A DNA stretch of 64,000 nucleotides, taken from contig OX597815.1 of assembly GCA_951406725.2 (NCBI GenBank), positions 189,596,001 through 189,660,000 of the forward strand. Reading direction: 5' to 3'. The stretch's first letter is position 1. Each line of letters begins with the position of its first letter. Shown one piece after another: positions 25,432 to 37,019 of the stretch. The DNA is from Octopus vulgaris (Eukaryota). The translations under genes and the position numbers were made by a program. A model generated the notes under the pieces. That model was not told the DNA's origin and made no database searches. It saw only the letters and a program-made list of their open reading frames with translations.

Positions 25432-25525
25432 CATCATCATCATCATTATTATTCAGGTCAGTGTGCTTGGAATCGAACTTGGAATCTTGGTGTTAGTTGC
25501 TCGTGCTCTTGGTCACTATGCCATT
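25225..25525 (-). mobile_element. Family E tRNA-headed SINE carrying a hammerhead motif
   Basis: tRNA-like head at 25455-25525, internal (AAT)n, 3' part with the hammerhead at 25273-25318. Confidence 0.75.
25273..25318 (-). ncRNA. Minimal type I hammerhead ribozyme motif in a family E SINE
   Basis: GACAC-CTGATGA-A-GTCTG GAGGGTATAT TAGCC-GAAAC-GTT-GTGTT. Core intact, stem I GACAC/GUGUU, palindromic AACGUU stem III, one mismatch in stem II. Confidence 0.7.
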
Positions 25526-25916
25526 ATTAAGAAAAGAAGACAATTTTGAAATGAGACAAATGACAAACATGGATGAAGTATTACTATGTTTAATGCATCC
25601 TCTAACAAGACCGTCATCACTGAGAGTTCTAACACTGCAACCATTAAAACCCCCATAATTAGAAAACTCATTAGATGTTAGTGCTGATTTATGCTAACAG
25701 CACTAAATTACTACCTTTACTAAGACTTTAGAGGAAAACGTTAATCAAAGAAAACTTTCTACCAGATACTGTTTTCCATTCTCAGCCTAGCGGTTAGATG
25801 GATGAGGATGGTGTGGAGTTGTGACTTAAAATGTTCTGGTTAGGACATCCTTGTGGATCTTTAAAAGGTTGTTACTTCTTGTGTTGAATTAGTAAAAAGT
25901 TCGTTAACAAAAGTCA

Positions 25917-26297
25917 CTCGGAGCTATACCAGACCACAAACAGGACGTCACTGTGCTGTCCCCATTGTACCGACTGCTTCATCACGGGCAAGTACGATGT
26001 ACTGCAATAGCTTGGGTTTCAAGGGCCCACAGCTGTTTGACTGTTTGCCGAAGCATCTGAGGAGCCTTCATGGAGTGGATGTAGATTCTTTCAAATGTGA
26101 ACTTGACCTCTGGCTCACCGAGATCCTGGATGAGCCAATATCTAAGCAAGAAACTCAAAAGAGGGCAGTAGCATTGAACTCCATCCTTCACCAGAAGCCG
26201 TTCCGACAAAGGTGGAAAGCGGAAAGATGATTACAATGGTAGTGCTCCAGCATGGCCACAGTCATTGGACTGAAACATATAAGAGAATAGGAGTAGA
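25917..26297 (+). mobile_element. CR1/L2-group LINE 3' end (ORF2 C-terminus plus 3' tail)
   Basis: GRHCAVP...NSLGFKGPQLFDCLPKHLR...VDSFKCELDLWLTEILDEP...NSIL resembles the ORF2 C-terminus of CR1-like LINEs; stop at 26230, then a tail shared with family A SINEs. Confidence 0.75.
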
Positions 26298-26789
26298 AAA
26301 AAACCACTTTCAAAATGATGATTGCTATATTAGAAGGATTAACATATCAATCATTGAAGCATCAATACATAAGCTCTTTTAAAGGTTTCATACATGGAGA
26401 ATGGAACTAATGGATGGTACTTCTACTGCATTGAGGAACACCTTGTGGGTGTATCAAGAAGCCAACGAAAACCAGTGAGTCAAAAATGTTTGGTGTAGCT
26501 GTGCAGTCATTCAAAATATATGGATTTAGTGAAAAACTTGAAGGCTCGGGGGATGACTTTTATATGAAGTATCCATTTGATTTTATGAGTAGTGATTACC
26601 CCCAAAGAAGGTTAGGGTGATAGTGGTTCTGAATATCAACAGCATTATGGTTTTGCAGTATTGAGAATGAAAGATAAAAAGGTCTGCAATTTCATCATTT
26701 TATAACAAATACAAGAAACTTGTACTTCTCCATGTTCTTCTCTGTTCTTCTTCATCCAATGTATTAAGATATAATGTAAACCTTTGGAG

Positions 26790-27315
26790 ATATGCTACGC
26801 TTGAGAAGATCTGGCATGCCAAGTGAGACCATAACCGTGGACCATGCCAGTGCAGCATAACCGACCCATGTAAGAGTACCCTTCAATCATTGGGCAATAA
26901 ACTGCACTTGTGAAGACCTGTTGATTTAAGCGAAGTCATTGTTGTAGCTGATGACAGTACCACCTGACTGGCACCTGTGCTGGTGGCATGTAAAAACTAC
27001 CATTTGAGTGTGGTCGATGCCAGTGCTGGCTCACTGGTCCCATGCCGGTGGCATGTGAAAAGCACCATTCGAGCGTGATCGTTGCCAGGGCCATCTGACT
27101 GGCCCTCATGCTGGCAGCACATAAAATGCACCCACTACACTCTCAGAGTGGTTGGCATTAGTAAGGGCATCCAGCTGTAGAAACTTTGTCAGATCAGGTT
27201 GGAGCCTGGTACAGCCATCTGGTTCGCCAGACCTCAGTCAAATCATGCTAGCATGGAAAGCGGACGTTAAATGACGATGACGATGATGATGATGATAATG
27301 ATGATGATAATGATG
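26790..27315 (+). mobile_element. Family B retroposon
   Basis: Internal units, family tail, (GAT)n. Confidence 0.8.
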
Positions 27316-27469
27316 TAGAATGTCAATGAATACATGACAGAACAATGTTTTATTCATCCTTCACTTAATCTGGCACTTACCATTTCCCAGAAAATGGTTT
27401 TACCATCCCGCTCTTCCATTTTACTTCCATTCATATCTCTCTGAAGGGATTTGTGATTTGTTTGTTTTC

Positions 27470-27872
27470 TTACCTTCTAGGACTTAGTTCTTTGCTAAAT
27501 TAATTCTAAGCCCTTTAAATACACACTTTGATTCCACAACTGAAACTTTTTCTCCAGTTCTGGTAGTGATTCAGCTATAAGAACAAGGTTATAAGCACAG
27601 AGGAACTCCTAGGGGCAACCTGACTTAAATTCCTCTGTCATGACCTGGAGCACTATGATAATAAACAAGAGAGGGGCCGAAAAGTGATTCTTGGTGAGCA
27701 CCTACCTGTACACTGTATTCCTTGATATACTCATTACTGATTTTCACCTTACTGACAGTATCTCTGTACATGGATTGTATGGATCTCACCACTGCGTGGC
27801 ACCTTGTTTCCACATTGCCCACCAGATAAGGGAGTAGGGGACCCTGTCAAAAACTTCTCCATAGCAACAAAA
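27470..27872 (-). mobile_element. Degenerate RTE LINE reverse transcriptase fragment
   Basis: FDRVPYSLIWWA...IQSMYRDTVSKVK...VQVGAHQES...LLFIIVL...YNLVLIAES: RT subdomains with frameshifts. Confidence 0.75.
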
Positions 27873-28098
27873 CTCTTTACTCTTTAATCTTTTACTCTTT
27901 TTCTTGTTTCAGTCATTTGACTACAGGCATGCTGGAGCACCGCCTTTAGTCGGGCAAATTGACCCCAGGACTTATTCTTTGTAAGCCTAGTACTTATTCT
28001 ATCAGTCTCTTTTGCCAAACTGCTAAGTTACGGGGACGTAAACTCACCAGCATCGGTTGTCAAGCGATTTTGAGTGGGTGATAAACACAGACACACAA

Positions 28099-28152
<54 letters not shown>

Positions 28153-28335
28153 ACATATATATATATACATATATACAATGGGCTTCTTTCAGTTTCCGTC
28201 TACCAAATCCACTCACAAGGCTTTGGTCGGCCTGAGGCTATAGTAGAAGACACTTGCCCAAGGTGCCACGCAGTGGGACTGAACCCGGAACCATGTGGTT
28301 GGTAAGCAAGCTACTTACCACACAGCCACTCCTGT
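27873..28335 (-). mobile_element. Family A SINE, full length
   Basis: Reverse-complement family A sequence. Confidence 0.9.
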
Positions 28336-29194
28336 ACATCATCATCATCATCATCATTTGTGATAAATCTATTTAGAAATATTAGTAATGCGTTTTAGAT
28401 ATACTAATCAATATACCTACAGGGTTAAAAATCTATGCTAATTTAAAATTAATGAATTTCATATCTAGATCCATATTGTTTTAGATAATAAAGTCACAAA
28501 AATAAAAAAAGAAAGGAAAAAGAAACAAAAAGTGATTTTTCAATTGTATTTAAGTAAATTAGTTACAGATAGTTTTAAATTTTCAAAAAAAATGATATGT
28601 AAAATGCAAACCTAATCCATTAATGTATCTCATGTGACAATGTAGTTTCATATCAAAATCAAAATTTTTATCTAGTTTTCATACATGTATATTCTGAATT
28701 TTATTTGTTTTCTTACCAAATTTTCACTGTAACCATATAACTCTATCAAAATGTAAATATATTCAGGCTATGCGTATGACACTGTAATTTAAAAGTGTAA
28801 TCTTAATTTTGCTTGTTGTTTATGCAATTGCTATATCCATTAGATTCAATGATAAATAGGAACCGTGATTTATTAATGATATTAGTACAAAAAAAATATT
28901 ACTTATAAATTCTAGTACGAAACACATTAAACACATTACCGAGGTTACTTATATGGTCTGGCATGGAAGGAGGTCCATGGTGGAGATGATGGCTGATACA
29001 AATGTAGTGATGTTCTGTGAATCCCAATCCATATTCACACAAGTTCCTTGCCTTTTCATTGTTCTTTCTTTCTTTTATTATGCTGCTCTATATTTTAGAG
29101 AGCAGGAATTCTGTATATTATTTACATTATTTACAGTGGACTGATATGTGTTCTCATCAGTTCCAAGCAGTGCCTAGAATAAATAATAATAATG

Positions 29195-29253
<59 letters not shown>

Positions 29254-29254
<1 letters not shown>

Positions 29255-31093
29255 GTATACTGCATCCATGGATCTTGAGATCGCTGGACATCTTCAGAAT
29301 TTCCCCTGTGATTTCAAACTTCCTGAAGCACAATATGTCGTTGTGGAATACGAATCTCCAATTATACCACTCTAATGGAGTACTTGCCTCAGAAAATATA
29401 AACATCAACTGTGGAATTTTTCAAGGTGACTCACTTTCACCTTTAATATTCTGCATAGCCCTAATACCCCTTACAAGTGAATTAAACAGAACAGGGTATG
29501 GGTATAAAATTGCCAATAAAAAAAATAAGCCATCTATTTTATATGGATGACTTAAAACTTTATGGTAAAGACAATAATGAACTTGAAGGCCTATTGCGCA
29601 CCGTGAAAGCATTCAGCGATGACATCGGGATGGAGTTTGGACTTGAGAAGTGTGCCAAGGCCACTTTCCAGAAAGGAAAAGTGAAGACCACAAATTCAGT
29701 CGTGTTAGATGTTGACACAGTCATAAGAGAGCTTGAGCAAGAACAAACATACAAATATTTAGGGATAAATGAAGGCTCTGGTATTCAGCATGCAAGCATG
29801 AAAGAGAAAATCAGGAAGGAATGTTATAGGAGAGTTCGTGCAGTCCTGAAATCTGAACTAAATGCACGTAACAAGGTATTAGCTATAAATTCCTTAGCAG
29901 TTCCAGTTGTTACTTATAGCTACAATGTGTTGAACTGGAATATGAGTGAAGTAAAGAATATAGATAGGAAAATACGCAAGCCGCTGAGTTGTAATAGGAT
30001 GCACCACCCAAAGGCAGACGTAGATCGCCTTTACCTTCCCAGAGCCCAAGGAGGTCGAGGCCTGATCCAATCTGAACTAGCTTACAAAACAACCACAATT
30101 GGACTGGCCAAATATCTCGAAATATCGAATGACTGGATGCTAAAGCTCGTGGAAAATCACGAGAGACGAAAGAAGCTTCATTCTATCATAAAGGAAAGCA
30201 AAAAATTTGCTATTGATCTCGTGCAGGATACCCAAACTGAACAACCCGAGGGAAGTACGGCAACTATTGTTGCAAAGAAGGTGAAAATGATGGCAATGAA
30301 AAAAGCGCACGAGCAATTGGCTGATAGGTGGGAGGAGAAACCTCTGCACGGCAAATATGTGACCCACAGCAAACAAGCTGATGTTGACCAGAAGCAAACC
30401 CATCAGTGGCTACGGAGCTCAGGGCTAAAAGCAGAGAGCGAAGGTTTCATCCTGGCTGCTCAAGATCAAAGCCTATTAACTCGGAACTACCAGGCCAATG
30501 TGATGAAAAATGGAGCAGACCCAAAATGCCGATTCTGCAACGACATGATTGAAACAGTGGACCACCTAATCTCTGGATGTAAAGTCTTAGCACCAGTGGA
30601 GTATAAATTAAGACATGACAGAGTTGGCCAATATCTACACTGGCTAATAAGTCGGCATTACAATATCAAAACTGCCGACAAGTGGTATAATCACCACCCT
30701 GAGGCTGTAACTGAAGGAGAAAATGTAACCATTCTGTGGGACTTTCCAGTACATACAGACCGAACCATCAAGGCCAATAAACCAGATATTGTTGTGAAAG
30801 ACCAAAACAATAAAGTTTGCTTATTGATCGACATGAGCATCCCCTGTGATCATAATATCTCAGCGAAAGAGTTTGACAAGCTCAGAAAATATAAAGACCT
30901 ACTCATTGAAATTGAGAAAATGTGGCATCTCAAGGCGGTTACAATACCAGTGATCATAGGAGCACTAGGAATGATCAAGAATGGAACTGAAAATTATATG
31001 AGAATGATCCCTGGCTTACCATCCCTGCAAGAAGTGCAAAAGATTGTCTTAACTGGTACATCACACGTATTGAGAAGAGCATTGTCGATGTGA
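29254..31093 (+). CDS. R4/Dong reverse transcriptase-endonuclease ORF (partial; one +1 frameshift in the A-run at 29518-29525)
   Basis: The frame of ORF 29017..29550 (SILHPWIL...GYGYKIANKK) continues into ORF 29498..31093 (ISHLFYMDD...LRRALSM*) if one A is removed. Confidence 0.85.
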
Positions 31094-31272
31094 GAACTGT
31101 TGCTGCTCATGTATTTTAATTTAACTTTAAAAAAAAAAAAAAAAAAAAATTAACGAACTACTGAGTTTGGTTTAATGGCCTACCAAGGTATACTATGAGT
31201 TTCTTTGCCCTAGGAGTCGGGAAGACACTCGGCAAGAAATGATAGCAAATTTGAAAGAAGAAGAAAAAAAAG
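29254..31272 (+). mobile_element. 5'-truncated R4/Dong-clade non-LTR retrotransposon inserted in (TAA)n
   Basis: RT motifs GIFQGDSLSP and HLFYMDDLKLY, CCHC knuckle CRFC-x7-HLISGC, RHD, REL endonuclease KPDIV...LIDMSIP...K..KY. (TAA)n flanks both ends (about 29180-29253 and 31273-31396), the known Dong target. Confidence 0.92.
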
Positions 31273-31290
31273 TAATAATAATAATATAGT

Positions 31291-31337
<47 letters not shown>

Positions 31338-31396
31338 TAATAATGATAATAATAATAATAATAATAATAATTATAATAATAATAATAATGATAATA

Positions 31397-31571
31397 GATG
31401 CCCTGATGCAGTACCAGACAGTGGCCCTTATGACTTCTGATCTTAACTCATTGGAAGTGTTATCATGTACATTGTTTTGTCTTGGTATAAAAGCTGGGCT
31501 ACAGCAAATATTCTGCTCAATACTCCAGATTTGCTTGTCAGTTGTTTGACCTTAACTAGTTGAACATGTCC
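31397..31571. repeat. Unclassified dispersed repeat (also at 49425-50000)
   Basis: CCCTGATGCAGTACCAG...TTGGAAGTGTTATCATGTACATTGTTTTG...GACCTTAAC is shared between the two loci. Confidence 0.7.
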
Positions 31572-31910
31572 CTCGGGCAAGTGTCTTCTACTATAGCCTC
31601 AGGCTGACCAATGCTTTGTAAGTGGATTTGGTAGAAGGAAACTGAAAGAAGCCCATTGTATAAATATGTGTGTGTGTGTGTTTGCGTGTGTGTTTGCGTG
31701 TGTGTATGTTTGTCTGTGTTTGTCCCTCCCACATCACTTGACAACCGATGCTGGTGCATTTACGTCCCCGTATCTTAGTGGTTCAGCAAACAAGACCAAT
31801 AGAATAAGCACTAGGCTTACAAAGAATAAGTTCTGGGGTTGTTTGCTCGACTAAAGGCAGTGCTCCAGCATGGCCACAGTCAAATGACTGAAACAAGCAA
31901 AAGAATAAAA
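31572..31910 (+). mobile_element. Family A SINE, 5'-truncated
   Basis: Starts at GGGCAAGTG; full tail present. Confidence 0.85.
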
Positions 31911-32854
31911 AATATGTTACATGTTTACATGCGGCCACCCCTTGCAATGTTGACCCCCAGTTCTCATCTACTTGTTGATCACCTTCCTTCTTCCACTCAC
32001 CTCCCTTATCCCAACCCTTTAACACTTACACCCCTCCATCCTTTATCCCCCCCCCCCCAGCCATTTGCCATGAAGCCCACAAGTTATTAAGGGCTGCCTC
32101 TCATACTCTTCCATTTCTCTACCTTTCCCATCCTTCATTAAACTTATAGGCCAGCCCCATCACTCATTCTTCCCTCTTCTGTCTTACTACTCACTTCAAT
32201 CATCATTCTGTCACTCATATCCTCCACTCTTTCTCTGTCTCTTCCCCTCCTGCTGTCCTCCACCCTATGGCTTCTCTGCTAACTCAACATCCTCTCACAA
32301 CTCCCTTGTTTTTCCCCTCCCCATACTTACCCATATAATATGCTGTAACTCTTGCTCCTCCCTGAACACAACCCACCTTATCACTCTTACCTCTCTGTCC
32401 CCCACTTTCTCATGAACACCTGACACTAATCTCTTCTCTTTCTCCCTTTCCTTTCATGCTTCCTCCTCCTCAGTTATGTCTCTTCTGTCACTCTTACCAC
32501 TACCACTGTCTCACAACTATAAACGTATTCCTTTCATCATATTACACTCTCTCTCAACACCTTTCCTAAAATCATCACCCTATCTCTTTTTCCTGTTCTC
32601 CTTCATTCATTAGGGCCTCTTTAGGCAATCTCACCAGTCGTTTGCAATGCAACCTCACTAATAGCAGTGCCACAAAAGCAAAAGAAAAGAAAAAGCACCC
32701 GGTACACACTGTAGAATCTCTGCCAAAGCAGACACTGGAGTAGGACATAGTCCTCCAACTCATCAGACCACGTGGAACCACCAAACCCATGCCGGCTTTG
32801 GGAATAGATGTGAAATTCTGACAATATTGATGAGATGATGAGGATGATATAGGC

Positions 32855-33345
32855 AAATACATTCATACACATACACGCACGCACAAATATACACACACAT
32901 ATACACACACATATAAACATACAAACACATATGCACACACACACACAAACATATAAACATAAACATGTGCACACACACACACACACAAACATATAAACAT
33001 AAACATGTGCACACACACACACACACACATATAAACATGCAAACATATGCGCACACACACACATATATAAACTTACAAACACATATGCACACACACACAC
33101 ACATAAGCATACAAACACATATACACACACACATAAACATACAAACACATATGCACACACACACAAACATACAAACACATATGCACACACTCACACATAT
33201 AAACACACACACACACAAAAATACAAACACATGCACACACACACACACACACACATATATAAACACACACACACATGTATAAACATACATACACACATGC
33301 ACACACACATATGCAAACATACATACACACATGCACACATGCATG
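32855..33345. repeat. Degenerate (CA)n/(CATA)n compound microsatellite
   Basis: Visible directly. Confidence 0.9.
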
Positions 33346-35437
33346 TACAGATGCCTGTACATGAGTGTGTGCATGTGTCTTTGGTACCACACTATTCACA
33401 AATCAGTCAATATCCAGTCTAAATCACCATACTATGCAAACCTAACAAAATACTTCTTGAGAAAAATTATAGAACATCCAATAAAGGAGACTGACATTGA
33501 CCAGATTTGGCTTTAATGTCATCAAAAGGGATCAGTCCAAACGAAATCTGAAAACACCCATCTATTTTCTTTGACTGTGAATATTCAGACTTTTACATTG
33601 AAATTAATCAGAAATGCTACATTTATAAACTAAAATGTATTTGATAACTACTCAACTTCTATTATATTTAAATTCACCTTATAGCTTTCCAATTTGGAAT
33701 CTAAAACTTTAATTTTATTTTTTAAATTATAATATTTATACTTTGATGAATTATAACAAAGATTAATTCTCTTTTAACTTCACGAAGAAAATATTATCTC
33801 TGTTGGCAATTTGTCAACACTTCAATGTAATTTGATTTGATTTTGTAAAACTAAATATATTGTTTTGATCTCTTCAAACCAATAAATTTCATTACGAGAT
33901 ATATACATTTAAATGTGTTAGCAAAGCAATTTGAAAGAGATTTGTCTCTAATGGAAACTGAATTAGTAAACAATCTGTTTTTCTTTTATTTTATAACTTA
34001 ATGAAAATTGATAAGATGATCATTTGAAAGGTTTAAACATAAGAACTAATGTTAGTTATAATTTTGATGGTTTACACTTTTTGTTTGTTTGTCCAACAGA
34101 ATGCTATATCATTCAGATAATTAGAGCAAATTTTTATAGCAGGAATCAAAATATATCTGTTTTCATACATTATACCTAATACTTCTCTAGAATAGTTTTT
34201 GGTAAATAAGATTGTGACTAGTTCCAGTACATATTTTCTTCACGTATATTCTTCACTAATTCAAAGACTATTATATTTTTGAACATTCAAAACTACTATT
34301 TTCCCTTTGCTAAATGGTCTTTTTTTTTCTCCAAAGAATTTTTTCTTGCTTTGTTTTTAATCTATTTTAAGATTTTTCCCTCTGGCATCTATTTTCACTT
34401 TCCTGCCTTTTCTGTTTTCTCTTTCATATGTGTGTATCTGTGTGTATGTATGTGCATGTGTTTTCGGGGAGAATGTGGACGTGCTGCTTAACATATAAAA
34501 CTGGAAAGCCAGAAATTAAATCTTTTATCTATGGAAGGGATAAGGCAATTATATGATATCAGAAACTATGAAAGAAGAAAGGTTTGCATCACCGAAATTT
34601 CTTTTAAATCAATGAATAAACGCTCCAGAAAATATAATAAACATTTCCTTCATCCTTTTGAATCAATAAGCTATATGGCTTTAGTAGTTTCAAAAAGTGA
34701 TTGATCATGCTATTGATAACAATAACATTTCACCGTCAAATGTATGTCCATTAAATAAACGAGCACTCTAAAGTGTTTCTTCTACCTCTTATAGGAAAGA
34801 TAAAAGAGAGATCTTTTTTATACTATGTATAGTTTCAAAATGTATGAAATAGATATTTAATGTTTTTTAATTATTATATAAAAAAATGAAGCATATTGAT
34901 AAGTTTAGAAAGTTCACCAAAAGCATTCTGAAGATGTTAATCTAATTTCCCAGCCATATAATGAAATATCTATTTGATGAAAATACCAGGAAGTTTTCTC
35001 AGATTCTTTTCTTTTGTCTTGACACATCAAAATAAATGTAATTCCTCTCTACATTAGCATAGCTGGAATTTAAAAGGCCATCCAATCATAAAATTCTAGC
35101 TCTAATCAAATACAGACAGAATCAATAAATGCATACTGTATGTATAGGATTGGCAAGTCGAATCTAACACTGCACAGTGTGTATGTTGCATGCAACCATT
35201 ATTACAACATAATAAATAATATCTGATGTAAACTACGATGTTAAGGATGCAGAAAATATAATTCTTTTAGCAATAATTTCTAGATTTATATTCATATATT
35301 CTATAAAATAGATTAATCTGTACATTGGGTATCACCAACTGATCTGTAATGAAAATCAACATTTAATGGCTTAGTAAGTGCTAAAGAAAAGTCGAATTTG
35401 AGGAACAGAACCACCATACTAAACTACATTGCTTTAA

Positions 35438-35901
35438 CCCTTTCATTACCAACCTAGCTGAAACCACCTCTGGCTCTGTAGTGCAAATGTTTTGTTTGAA
35501 TAAGTTTTGAATTATAATCTTCCACCAATCTTTAGTCACAATCTATGTTCTTAAAACTAGCTTAATGATAACTAAAATATCTTTTAAAATTATTTGCTAT
35601 ATTTAAAATTAATTGAAAGAAATACAGAATATTTAAACAGAAATATTGTAACAAAAGGGTTAACAAATGAATAATTTAACCCTTTCATTACCAACCTGGC
35701 TGAAACCGCCTCTGGCTCTGTAGTACAAATGTCTTGTTTGAATGAGTTTTGAATTAAAATCTTCCACCAAACCTTAGTCACAATTTATGTTCCTAACACT
35801 AGCTTAATGATAACTAAGTTGTTTTACTAAATTCTTTGTTATATCTAAAATAATTGAGACAAAACACAGAGCATCTCGAAAGAAATACAGTAACGAAAGG
35901 G
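35438..35901 (+). mobile_element. Tandem pair of 222-bp piggyBac-type MITEs
   Basis: Each copy is TTAA-CCCTTTCATTAC...GTAAC(A/G)AAAGGG-TTAA; copies at 35438-35659 and 35680-35901; spacer CAAATGAATAAT. Confidence 0.85.
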
Positions 35902-36708
35902 TTAATACTATTCATGTCTACCTTCCAGTAATATACATTGTAAAGTAGTATTCAAGCTCTTGACAGCCAAAATCTGAGACAGTTTGTAACTCTTTTCACT
36001 TCACTTGTCTGTCCTTGAGTAAAAGCATAGACATTACAGCTTCTATTTATTCGTCGCCTATAATCAACAGAACTGATCAGCCATTAATCTCTACTTAGAA
36101 GAAGTTAAGCAACTGATTAATCACCACACTTGTACAAAATAAACAAAATATTGATTGATTGATCTGCTGGTAATGTAAAAATATTACTTTTGGAATATGT
36201 TTCAAAAAATAAATATTTTATTCATTTCTAATAATTTAATAAATATATGTAAATAAGATTCTTGAAATTGTAGTCTCATATTTTAAAATTCATAGAAGAT
36301 TTAATATAATACATCAATTTGATAGTTATTTATTATCAGCAAGTTATTCTTCAGAGTTATATGTTGAACTAGAAAAGCTATTTTTTAAAAAATAAGTCTA
36401 TGTTATAATATCTTGCCTCTCAGTTCAAGATTATTTCGGTATTATAGATCTCTTGCAGGAATGCTCAGGAAAGAAACTAGGATAATGCAAAGAGACGACG
36501 CATGAGAATTAGATGAGGTATGAATGTAAGAAAGTGCAATAAACCAAATGAAAGAAAGCAAAAAAAGAAGAAAAAAAAAACCGATCAACATTGAATACAG
36601 GAGAGGAAAGCTTTTTAAATATAGCTCTAAATAATATAATAGGCATATAATTCACTGGCTTGCTAATCAATAAATGATGTCCTTCACAAAGATCTCTCAT
36701 ACTGCAAA

Positions 36709-36921
36709 TCATAGAAAAGGCTCAAACATAATTCTGAATAAACATTTTAATCTTTTGTTACATGAGATGGGATAAATTCGTTTCCAGCAAGAAGCTTTAA
36801 AAATATTGTTTTCTTTATCCAGCTCTGCAAATGCTTGTTTTCTATTCACTTTTGTACTTATCATGCTTCCTTTACAGTGCACATCAAAACTTGAAGAAGA
36901 ACCAGTATTCAACAGATGCTC
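36709..36921 (-). CDS. Candidate terminal exon (EHLLNTGSSSSFDVHCK...RIMFEPFL*), unknown product
   Basis: Acceptor ATGTTTAG then 70 open codons in AT-rich non-repeat DNA; no homology recognised. Confidence 0.25.
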   Translation of the reverse strand, partial: EHLLNTGSSSSFDVHCKGSMISTKVNRKQAFAELDKENNIFKASCWKRIYPISCNKRLKCLFRIMFEPFL

Positions 36922-37019
36922 CTAAACATTAATAACATAGAATGCTATTTTATTAAATTGTTTTAACTGAAACACATAAACACTGTCTAAATAGACAATC
37001 TTATTTTGTTACAAATATT

